64,000 nucleotides of DNA from Halieaceae bacterium MED-G27 (GTDB lineage: Bacteria > Pseudomonadota > Gammaproteobacteria > Pseudomonadales > Halieaceae). This document shows positions 31,081 to 39,376 of the stretch, piece by piece. Under the pieces are notes generated by a model. That model had not been told where the DNA came from and ran no database searches. It saw only the letters and a list, made by a program, of their open reading frames with translations. The stretch's first letter is position 1; every line of letters starts with the position of its first letter. The DNA lies in assembly GCA_002456975.1 (NCBI GenBank), contig NTKA01000005.1:7062-71061 (forward strand). The letters run 5' to 3'. The position numbers were made by a program, and so were the translations under genes.

Positions 31081-31251
31081 CAAAGACCCGACAAGCCGGC
31101 GCTAACCCACGAGCAAGCGATGTGGATTGTTTTAGAAAGCGATGGACGGACAAAGCCCGAGCATTTTCGTCCCGATGTGCTCAAGGCTTTTGAGTTGGCG
31201 CAGCTTGAGATGTGTCGAATATTTGAATCTTTCAAAGACGCAGAGCAGTGA
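31081..31251 (+). pseudogene. C-terminal remnant of an HD-GYP phosphodiesterase
   Basis: Frame reads QRPDKPALTHEQAMWIVLESDGRTKPEHFRPDVLKAF...IFESFKDAEQ*, matching the RPYK..H..A..I...DGR..P.HFDP.V..AF tail; in-frame TGA at 31045 and no start codon before the motif. Confidence 0.75.
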
Positions 31252-31282
31252 GTGCTAAGCAGATGATGGCTGGGGTCGAGAC

Positions 31283-32659
31283 ATGAGAGCACTGATCGTT
31301 GAAGACAGTCCGACGCTTTGCTCGATTTATGAGGCTTATCTCGCTGGTCTGGGCTTGTCAATTTCGGTTGCTGAAACCTTCGCGGGAGCCGAGAGCCTTA
31401 TCGAGAGCAACAAGCCAGATTTGATTTTGCTTGATATTGAACTGCCCGACGGCAACGGGTTGGACCTCCTTCCTAAAATACGGGCACTCAAACCAGCACC
31501 GGTATCGATTGTAATGACAGGGCACGGAACCGAGTTTGCTGAAAAGGCCTTGGATGCGGGCGCTGCTGATTTTCTCGCCAAACCTTTTGACGCGGTCCGT
31601 TTGCGAGTCACTGTTGAAAATGCCATGCAACGCAAGGAACTGTCGACTCGCATAGATCAATTGTCTGCCAAGCGCGACCAGTTAGGCGCGCTGCAGGGAT
31701 CGTCAGCTGTGATGCGGGCCGTTTACGATGTGGTAGAGCGGCTTGCCGTCAGTTCAGAAACTGTTCTGATTACAGGCGAAAGCGGCACCGGTAAAGAATT
31801 GACGGCGAGAGCCATACACGACTGGTCAGCGCGCGCTCCCGAACCATTTGCTGTCGTTGACTGCGCTAGATTACCCACGGAGATGGGGGAGCGCGAACTA
31901 TTCGGTGTAAACGAGTCGTCTGATTCGGGGTGGATTCGACGTGGGTTGGTACCGCGCGCGGAGGGTGGAACACTATTCCTCGATGAGGTGTCGGAGTTGA
32001 GCTATGAACTCCAGTCGATCCTCTTGCGCTTTTTGGAAACTGGCATTTACATGCCGGTTGGTGCACAGCGTGAAAGCGAGGCCAATGTTCGGATTATTGC
32101 CTCTACCAACAGAGACCCCTTGGAAGAGGTAAGAGCTGGCCGCTTGCGTGAGGATTTATTTTATCGACTCCATGTATTGCCTGTGCGGATGCCTCCGCTT
32201 CGGGAGCGTCTTGAGGACGTGCCAGCCCTCGCTGAGGACATGCTGTTTCGCCTAGCACGCCAAGCTGGTAGACAGTTCGAACCTCTGTCGCAGGAGGCTA
32301 GGGTTCGACTACAACAATACGCTTGGCCGGGTAACGTCCGTCAGCTTGAGAATATGATGCGCTGGTTGGCCACGATGCTGGTGGGTAGGCAGGTATCGGT
32401 CGATGCGATCGACGATGCCATCAAGCAGTTTGATCAAGATCAGGTGGTATCAGAGCCCGCATCGCCAGTCGAGGTGGAGATGAGCCCCCCCGGCGAAGGG
32501 AAGGTAGAGCCGCTCTGGATCACTGAGAAGCATGCGATTGAGCGCGCCATCAAGCAGTGCGATGGCAATATCCATAAAGCAGCAGCGCTTCTCGAGGTCG
32601 CTCCTTCCACAATTTACCGAAAAATGCAGAGCTGGAAGTCAGCCAATTCGCGTCGCTAA
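31283..32659 (+). CDS. LuxO/NtrC-like response regulator (REC-AAA+-Fis HTH) lacking GAFTGA
   Basis: REC with LLDIELPDG; GESGTGKE; FLDE; WPGNVRQLEN; LuxO-like tail PLWITEK..IE.AI..CDGNI.KAA.LLEVAPSTIYRK. Confidence 0.9.
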   Translation: MRALIVEDSPTLCSIYEAYLAGLGLSISVAETFAGAESLIESNKPDLILLDIELPDGNGLDLLPKIRALKPAPVSIVMTGHGTEFAEKALDAGAADFLAKPFDAVRLRVTVENAMQRKELSTRIDQLSAKRDQLGALQGSSAVMRAVYDVVERLAVSSETVLITGESGTGKELTARAIHDWSARAPEPFAVVDCARLPTEMGERELFGVNESSDSGWIRRGLVPRAEGGTLFLDEVSELSYELQSILLRFLETGIYMPVGAQRESEANVRIIASTNRDPLEEVRAGRLREDLFYRLHVLPVRMPPLRERLEDVPALAEDMLFRLARQAGRQFEPLSQEARVRLQQYAWPGNVRQLENMMRWLATMLVGRQVSVDAIDDAIKQFDQDQVVSEPASPVEVEMSPPGEGKVEPLWITEKHAIERAIKQCDGNIHKAAALLEVAPSTIYRKMQSWKSANSRR

Positions 32660-32677
32660 AACGAAGAGGAGAGGACC

Positions 32678-33232
32678 ATTTACGGTGTCATCAATAAATC
32701 TTTGAAAGAGATGGTGGTTGAGGGCTTTGGCGAGGACACATGGAACTCGGTTATGGCAAAGGCGGGTGTTCCCAGTGACAGCTTTTTGGCAATGCGCAGC
32801 TACGATGATGAGATCACCTTTCGCCTAGCGGTGGCCTCCTCGGACGTTTTGGGCATTGAGGTCGACGCTGCATTGAATGCCTTTGGTCATCATTGGGTGA
32901 AACATACCCTGGCTAGGGATTACGATGCTCTCGCACGCTCAACCGGAAGCACCATGCTTGAGTTCCTGGGGAATCTGAACGCACTGCATGACCGAATTAC
33001 AACGACATTTCTAGACTATCAACCCCCTGAGTTCAATGTCAGTGAGCTCGTAAACAACCGCATGGAGGTCGAATACATTAGTCACCGCGAAGGCTTGGTT
33101 GCTTTTGTGGCGGGTCTATTGGAGGCGTTGAGCGATCGATTCAACGAGCCCATGGAGATTGAGTCTATCGAGGATTTATCACCGGAACCCGGCACGCATA
33201 CAAAATTTAAGTTGCTGATGACGGGAGCATAG
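32678..33232 (+). CDS. hnoX: H-NOX heme NO-sensor (ATT start proposed)
   Basis: ATT-TAC-GGT-GTC-ATC-AAT reads (M)YGVINKSL; proximal His in LNALHDRI; PPEF; YxSxR (YISHR); AGGAG 6 nt upstream of the ATT. Confidence 0.92.
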   Translation: MYGVINKSLKEMVVEGFGEDTWNSVMAKAGVPSDSFLAMRSYDDEITFRLAVASSDVLGIEVDAALNAFGHHWVKHTLARDYDALARSTGSTMLEFLGNLNALHDRITTTFLDYQPPEFNVSELVNNRMEVEYISHREGLVAFVAGLLEALSDRFNEPMEIESIEDLSPEPGTHTKFKLLMTGA

Positions 33233-33237
33233 TTCTG

Positions 33238-35256
33238 GTGGCAAGCCAGTGGGAAACTCTCTGCAGTCTCTTCACCATCGTTATCGAGATCGATGCGGCG
33301 GGAGACGTTGTCAGATCCAGTTCCTTGGTTGAAGAGCGCTTTTCGCGTGTAACAGATACCACTAACAACTTTTTCGAGGTATTTACCTTCAAGCGCCCCG
33401 TTCACTTCAAAGGTGGCGTGAAGGGTGCTTTGGCGGTCGACTCGCGGCTGTTTTTGGGTTACTCGGATGAGCTACAGCTAGCGATTAGGGGACAGATTAT
33501 CGCATCGGATACGCAGTCCGATGGCTGTATTTTCGCCGGCGTGCCCTGGCTAGGTTGGACTAGGGAACGCTATGGCGAAGCCTCTTTGAGTGCCGCGGCA
33601 TTTCCCGCGCATGACTCTCAAATGGATCAGGTGCTCTTTATGTCAACCCAGCAGCGAATGGTTGACGATCTGCAAGAGTTAAATGAGGAGCTAACCCAGG
33701 CGAAAGAGCGAGTTGAACTACTGGGCGATAGCAGACAAGACTTTTTCAACCGAATCAGTCACGAAGTTCGCACGCCCCTGACCGGGATTGCGAGCGCACT
33801 CACATTGCTTGCGGATCTGCGACTAGGCGATCAAGCGTCGGAATTAATTGCGCTAGCAGAATCAAGCGTGGAGCGCGCAGTGGAAGTGACCAGCTTCGCC
33901 TTAGATTCCGCAGCCAGTGGCTCCAACGATATTAGCGGATTGGCCACCAGTGTTGACCTGCAACACCTGATTAGCAGAAGTCAACACATGTTCATACCAA
34001 CGGCGAGAGCCAAAGGTATTGAATTGGTATCGAAGCTTGATCCCGACTTGTCAGTGAATTACTGGTGCAATCAGCAGTTGATTCGCGAGGTTTTGATCAA
34101 TCTTTTGAGCAATGCGGTGAAGTTTACCGATGTGGGAACGGTGTCCCTGTCATTGTCTGTTGGTCCATCGGATGACCCAAATATCGATGTCTTAACTTTT
34201 TCGGTCGCGGACTCTGGCCCCGGTGTGCCTAAAGACACTAGAGATCGAATTTTCGAGCCATTCGAAACGGGGTTGACGGTGGCGACCCGTGATAAGAAGG
34301 GCACTGGATTGGGGCTAAGTACAACACTCAAACATGTCAGAGCCCTTGAATCGGAGATGACTGTCGCTACCTCTGAATTTGGAGGGGCTCTATTTTCTTT
34401 TTCGATCAGAGCGCGGCCCGACGCCACCAAAATACTGAAGGTGGAAGAGCCCCACACTGAGCAAGCACCGCTCAGGTTTGATCAGCATTGTTTGCTACTC
34501 GATGATTCGGCGACTAATTTGGCCCTCAATGCACAGCTACTTAGGACCATGGGGTTCACCGTGACCGAGGTCAAGACGGGTGAGGAAGCTATCCGTACCT
34601 GTCGATCGTTTGAGCAGGAATTTGATTTAGCTCTTCTCGATATCAATCTACCTGACATATCTGGTTATCAAGTCGCTTCCGCGTTGAGGCAATTACCTCA
34701 GTGTCAGCGCACTACTTTGATCGCGCTGAGTGCCTACTCTCAGGATGAAGAAATACAACGAGCCAAAGATGTAGGTATGGCCGGCTTTATCAAAAAACCT
34801 TTCCGCCGCGATGACATAGGGCCTGTACTCGCCGCTTTGCTAGCAAACGACGAGCAGCAGATGGCTGTGGACGCTGACGCCGGCGATACAAAAACTAATG
34901 TCGTCGCCGAGGGTTTTGATCATGATGCATTTTCAAGCATGGTCGACGCCTTGGGAATTGAGTCGGTGTCGATGATTGCGGAAGGATTGGTACGCGAGGG
35001 GCGCGATAACCTGAAAGAGCTGAGCTCTGGCGTTGATACGAACGATATTGAATCGGCTGAGCGAGCAGCTCATACACTGGCTAGCAGTTGTCAGTCGCTC
35101 GGCATGATGGCGAGTGGGCACTATATTCGTGAGCTAGAGCACGGTTTTAGATCGGGTAACAAGATAGATCAATCAATGCTTACGACAGCCAATGACTTGT
35201 TTGAGGCTGATCTGACGCAGTTGCAATCTGCTGTCAAAGCCCTGAGTTATGCCTGA
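33238..35256 (+). CDS. H-NOX-associated hybrid histidine kinase (HNOBA-like/HisKA/HATPase/REC/Hpt)
   Basis: FPAHD; SHEVRTPL; NLLSNAVKFT; DSGPG; GTGLGL; REC LLDINLPD; Hpt AHTLASS; no TM segments. Confidence 0.9.
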   Translation: MASQWETLCSLFTIVIEIDAAGDVVRSSSLVEERFSRVTDTTNNFFEVFTFKRPVHFKGGVKGALAVDSRLFLGYSDELQLAIRGQIIASDTQSDGCIFAGVPWLGWTRERYGEASLSAAAFPAHDSQMDQVLFMSTQQRMVDDLQELNEELTQAKERVELLGDSRQDFFNRISHEVRTPLTGIASALTLLADLRLGDQASELIALAESSVERAVEVTSFALDSAASGSNDISGLATSVDLQHLISRSQHMFIPTARAKGIELVSKLDPDLSVNYWCNQQLIREVLINLLSNAVKFTDVGTVSLSLSVGPSDDPNIDVLTFSVADSGPGVPKDTRDRIFEPFETGLTVATRDKKGTGLGLSTTLKHVRALESEMTVATSEFGGALFSFSIRARPDATKILKVEEPHTEQAPLRFDQHCLLLDDSATNLALNAQLLRTMGFTVTEVKTGEEAIRTCRSFEQEFDLALLDINLPDISGYQVASALRQLPQCQRTTLIALSAYSQDEEIQRAKDVGMAGFIKKPFRRDDIGPVLAALLANDEQQMAVDADAGDTKTNVVAEGFDHDAFSSMVDALGIESVSMIAEGLVREGRDNLKELSSGVDTNDIESAERAAHTLASSCQSLGMMASGHYIRELEHGFRSGNKIDQSMLTTANDLFEADLTQLQSAVKALSYA

Positions 35257-35280
35257 TCTGAGCCTGAATCCGAACGACTG

Positions 35281-35565
35281 CTACGGCCATCCGTAGCGCT
35301 TCATATTGATTTTAGTGTTTACCAGCTCGATGCCCTCGCTAGTTAAGCGACTGATGGCGAGTTGAGTCTGGGGACACGTGACCCTGCCATCGTGCCCTAC
35401 CACCCGATGCCAAGGTATGGATGAATCTGGTGGAAGTTGACTCAGCACCTGACCTACCCAGCGTGCGCGGCCGGGTAAGCCCGCAGCGCTAGCAATGGCT
35501 CCGAACGACGCTACGCGACCTTCGGGAATCGCCGCGACAACCGAATAGATCTGCTCTTTACTCAC
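35281..35565 (-). CDS. atl: Alkyltransferase-like protein (ATL/YbaZ, MGMT family)
   Basis: IPEGRVASFG, ARWVG, PWHRVV (Trp in place of the catalytic Cys). Confidence 0.88.
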   Translation of the reverse strand: MSKEQIYSVVAAIPEGRVASFGAIASAAGLPGRARWVGQVLSQLPPDSSIPWHRVVGHDGRVTCPQTQLAISRLTSEGIELVNTKINMKRYGWP

Positions 35566-35591
35566 TGATCTTATTTCTCTTTATTGGCCAC

Positions 35592-35617
35592 AAAAAAGGG
35601 GAGCTGAGCTCCCCTTT
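35592..35617 (-). terminator. Intrinsic terminator of hppA
   Basis: GGGGAGC/GCTCCCC stem followed by T6 on the minus strand. Confidence 0.85.
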
Positions 35618-35633
35618 CTATCATCAGTTTTGA

Positions 35634-37631
35634 TTAAAGAAGTGGCGCTATCACAAGACTGACAATCGCCATTACATTAATCAGGATGTTCATTGATGGA
35701 CCCGAGGTGTCCTTGAAGGGATCGCCAACAGTATCGCCAACTACAACTGCTGAGTGGGTATCAGAGCCCTTACCACCGAGGTTGCCTTTTTCGACATACT
35801 TCTTAGCGTTATCCCAAGCACCGCCTGCATTAGCCATCATCAGAGCCATGAGTACACAGCCGAGAAGGGCACCACCAAGCATGCCACCCAAAGCTGCCGC
35901 ACCGAGGACAAAACCTACAACGACGGGCGAGGCCACTGCGATAACGCCAGGTAGGACCATGCGCTTGAGTGCTGCTGTTGTAGCGATATCAACACAGCGC
36001 GCAGTGTCAGGCTCGGCCTTGCCCTCGAGCAGACCTGGTATCTCCTTAAACTGTCGTCGGATCTCGTTGATCATATCGAATGCGGCCTCGCCCACAGCCG
36101 TCATGGTGATGGCTGAGATGAGGAATGGGATGGTGCCGCCGATAAACATACCGACTAATACGGTCGGATTCGATAGTTCGAGTGAGAAGCCAGCGTTGTT
36201 GGCCGAAACAGTCTCAACGAAGGCTGCGATAATTGCCAAGGCAGCAAGCGCTGCAGCACCGATCGCAAAGCCTTTGCCGATAGCAGCCGTTGTGTTTCCG
36301 ACCTCGTCGAGACCATCTGTAATTTCGCGGGTTTCTTCGCCCATGCCAGCCATTTCAGCGATACCGCCAGCGTTGTCAGCAACAGGACCATAGGCATCGA
36401 TGGCCATGGTAATGCCCACAGTAGCCAGCATGCCAACAGCAGCGATACCGACGCCGTAAAGACCAGCGAGTTGCGTTGATACAAAAATGATCGCAGCGAG
36501 GAACAGTACAGGAAGCACAACAGACTGCATACCAACGGCGAGACCGGTGATCATTACAGTTGCCGGGCCAGTTTCACCCGAACCCGCAATTTTTCTGACA
36601 GGTGCACCACCGGTGTAGTACTCGGTGATTAGGCCGATGGCAACGCCACCGACTGCGCCTGACAGAACAGCGAACCATATGTTATTGCTGAGGCCGAGGT
36701 GTTGGATCAGGAAGTAAGCCATTGCCACGAAAATGATGGGGGCCGCAAATGTACCGTAGCGAAGTGCAGTAGCGGGTGCTGACGCTGACCGTGACCGAAC
36801 GATGAGAATACCAACTACAGACGAAAGCAGACCGACACTGGCGAGTGCTAGCGGCAAAAACATCATACCTGCCATCTCTTCTTGCGCGATTGCCATGGTG
36901 GATGCAATCGCCATGCAGGCAATCATCGAGCCACAGTAGCTTTCAAAAATATCGGAGCCCATACCGGCGATATCGCCGACATTGTCACCCACGTTATCGG
37001 CGATAACGCCTGGGTTGCGGGGATCATCTTCTGGAATACCAGCCTCGACCTTACCCACCAGGTCTGCGCCCACATCAGCACTTTTGGTGTAAATACCACC
37101 GCCAACACGCGAGAACAAGGCAACAACTGAACCACCCATACCGAAACCATGGATCGCGTGCGCCGCTTTTGGATCGCCACCGAAGTAAAAGTAGAGGCTA
37201 CCGAGACCAATAAGACCCAGCGATGCCACACAAAGCCCCATGATTGAGCCGCCATAGAAAGCAACACTCAGGGCGGCTGGCGCACCTTCTGTGTTAGCCG
37301 CGATGGCAGTGCGCACGTTGGCCTTGGTCGCTGCGTACATACCCAGCCAACCCGCCAGTGCTGATGATGAGGCTCCGACGACAAATGAGAGCGCAGTATC
37401 GTTGTCTAGGTCAGATATTAGGATCAATACCAGCAACACTGCAGCAAACGCAGCCAGGTAGGTGTACTCACGCTTCATGAACACCATGGCTCCAAGGTGA
37501 ATTTGATCACCAATCTTTTTGACGTTGCCCTCCGGGACTTCGCGGCGCGACATCACTGTGTAAATAAAAAACGCAATAGCTAAGCCCGCAAGGCCCAAGA
37601 TGGGCGGCGCGGCGTAGAGTTGTTCAAGCAT
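35634..37631 (-). CDS. hppA: Membrane-integral ion-pumping pyrophosphatase, K+-dependent (probably Na+)
   Basis: [36 protein letters not shown]; GGGAG SD. Confidence 0.95.
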   Translation of the reverse strand: MLEQLYAAPPILGLAGLAIAFFIYTVMSRREVPEGNVKKIGDQIHLGAMVFMKREYTYLAAFAAVLLVLILISDLDNDTALSFVVGASSSALAGWLGMYAATKANVRTAIAANTEGAPAALSVAFYGGSIMGLCVASLGLIGLGSLYFYFGGDPKAAHAIHGFGMGGSVVALFSRVGGGIYTKSADVGADLVGKVEAGIPEDDPRNPGVIADNVGDNVGDIAGMGSDIFESYCGSMIACMAIASTMAIAQEEMAGMMFLPLALASVGLLSSVVGILIVRSRSASAPATALRYGTFAAPIIFVAMAYFLIQHLGLSNNIWFAVLSGAVGGVAIGLITEYYTGGAPVRKIAGSGETGPATVMITGLAVGMQSVVLPVLFLAAIIFVSTQLAGLYGVGIAAVGMLATVGITMAIDAYGPVADNAGGIAEMAGMGEETREITDGLDEVGNTTAAIGKGFAIGAAALAALAIIAAFVETVSANNAGFSLELSNPTVLVGMFIGGTIPFLISAITMTAVGEAAFDMINEIRRQFKEIPGLLEGKAEPDTARCVDIATTAALKRMVLPGVIAVASPVVVGFVLGAAALGGMLGGALLGCVLMALMMANAGGAWDNAKKYVEKGNLGGKGSDTHSAVVVGDTVGDPFKDTSGPSMNILINVMAIVSLVIAPLL

Positions 37632-37781
37632 TGAATTGTCTCCCCAGATTACAGTCGGCACGGATACGGCCTTATTAGGTTTTTTTATAGCGCCGGAAGT
37701 ATCCGGCACGAGTCAGCGACCGGTCAAGGTTTCGCGCGGGCTTAGCCCGAATCCTGCTGATAATTCACGCCAATAGTGGGC

Positions 37782-39050
37782 TCAATCGAAGATTTTGACG
37801 CGCCCTATGCGGTTCGAGCTACTCTGATGAATCAGGAGGTCGCCGTCGCGGGTTTCCCAGGTGTGTCGAATAATCCCGATACCCGACGGAACAGGCCAAC
37901 TTTGGAAACGTTCAGCGCTGGGGTCAAAGCGCACCAAAACGTCAGGTCGCATGCCGCTCTCGTTATACCAGACGATATCGTCGATCACCGTCATTGAATA
38001 GGGGTGTGAGGTGGGGCCACTGGGCGAATCCCACTGGGTCACGGTGCCTGAGTCCACGTCTAGGTGGCCGATCTTTCCCATGGAAGAGTTTACGAACCAG
38101 ACATTTCCCTGACTGTCGATATCGAGTCGTCGAATCCGCGTGCGCTCGTCGGGTACGGGATAGTAGATGACCTCCATAGAGTTTGGATCCAATCTGCCAA
38201 TGGTGTTAGTACCGTTGTAGGCGATGAACAGGTCATTATCTAGACCAACCTTTATCCCGTAAGGTTTTTTGCGTGTTGGAATCTCGGTGATATCGCCCGT
38301 TCGCGGATCTAACCGGCCTAGGACATTCGAGTGCTGCGCCGTGAAGTACAGATTGCCGTTGGGATGGAATGTCCCCGTATGCGGATCGCGGGCCTCTGTT
38401 TGGTATTCGGTGATATCACCGGAGCCTGGATCGAGTTTTCCGATGGTGCTGTTACTGTTGCCCGTGTACCAGATAAAACCCTCGGCATCAGGAATAATGG
38501 AGTGGGGACGCGCGCTTGGTGGTAGCGGATACTCACGCATCTCGCCCGTCTTCGGGTCGAGTCGGCCCACGAGAGACGCCCACATACCAGTCCACCAAAT
38601 ACTGCCATCGGGCGCTTCTATAGGGTCACGCGAGCGCTGTCCCAACGAAGGTACGACCCATTCCTCTATCTGAATTTGTGTGGAACCACCGACTATACGT
38701 GGTGCTTTTCCTGGCTTGTGGGGGTAATGCTTAGCTAGATATTCGCTGATTCGCGATTTTTGATCGGGCGCAAGATCGATCATGCTCTCAATGAGATGCT
38801 GCCATTCCTCTGGTGTGTCATAGCCTTGCGCTCGATCGAGGTAGAAAAGGCCATGGCAGGTAGAGCATAGCGCCTCTACTTCGGCTTTTGCTGACTGTTG
38901 AGGAACCTGTGCATTGACGGCGTGAGGGATCCAGCTAAAGGCCAGTAATACTGCACCCCAGCCCGTGAGTAGGTGCTTGAATCGACCGCGTGTGGTCACC
39001 ACACGTTGAGCTAATAGGTCCTCCAACAGAGCGATCTTGAGTAGAGCCAT
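37782..39050 (-). CDS. Secreted cytochrome c / Vgb-like beta-propeller fusion
   Basis: Signal-like segment ending VNA; CSTCH heme motif; repeated G.IW.T...IG.LDP.TG...EY blades; start uncertain. Confidence 0.8.
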   Translation of the reverse strand: MALLKIALLEDLLAQRVVTTRGRFKHLLTGWGAVLLAFSWIPHAVNAQVPQQSAKAEVEALCSTCHGLFYLDRAQGYDTPEEWQHLIESMIDLAPDQKSRISEYLAKHYPHKPGKAPRIVGGSTQIQIEEWVVPSLGQRSRDPIEAPDGSIWWTGMWASLVGRLDPKTGEMREYPLPPSARPHSIIPDAEGFIWYTGNSNSTIGKLDPGSGDITEYQTEARDPHTGTFHPNGNLYFTAQHSNVLGRLDPRTGDITEIPTRKKPYGIKVGLDNDLFIAYNGTNTIGRLDPNSMEVIYYPVPDERTRIRRLDIDSQGNVWFVNSSMGKIGHLDVDSGTVTQWDSPSGPTSHPYSMTVIDDIVWYNESGMRPDVLVRFDPSAERFQSWPVPSGIGIIRHTWETRDGDLLIHQSSSNRIGRVKIFD

Positions 39051-39376
39051 GAGAAAATCTCCGCACACGCTGATTAGCATTAAGCTAAGCGCCAATCGCC
39101 CGGCCAGTCAACTTGTTCAGGTCCAAAGGATGATAGGTAGACATTTAAACAGCGCCAACGGCGCCTCGTCTTTACGGTGCTATTCAGGTGGCTTTAGGTT
39201 TGGAATTTTAAGCCGCATTCCTGGCCTTACGCTGACCCTGAGACGCACAGGTAAAAGTCGGATTCACTTGTTAACAGCGAGATCCCGATCAATAAAGCTG
39301 CGGAGGGAGTCAGTCTCATTGGCTTGGCAGACGGCTCCTTACAGTGACCTCAGCCAAACCATGAGCATCTACCGCC

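Noticed and set aside
39100-39376. Decayed hppA 5' copy, or the 120-aa plus-strand ORF 39037-39399
   Set aside because: Collinear 6-mers are at chance level; the ORF has no recognisable motif and overlaps both neighbours.
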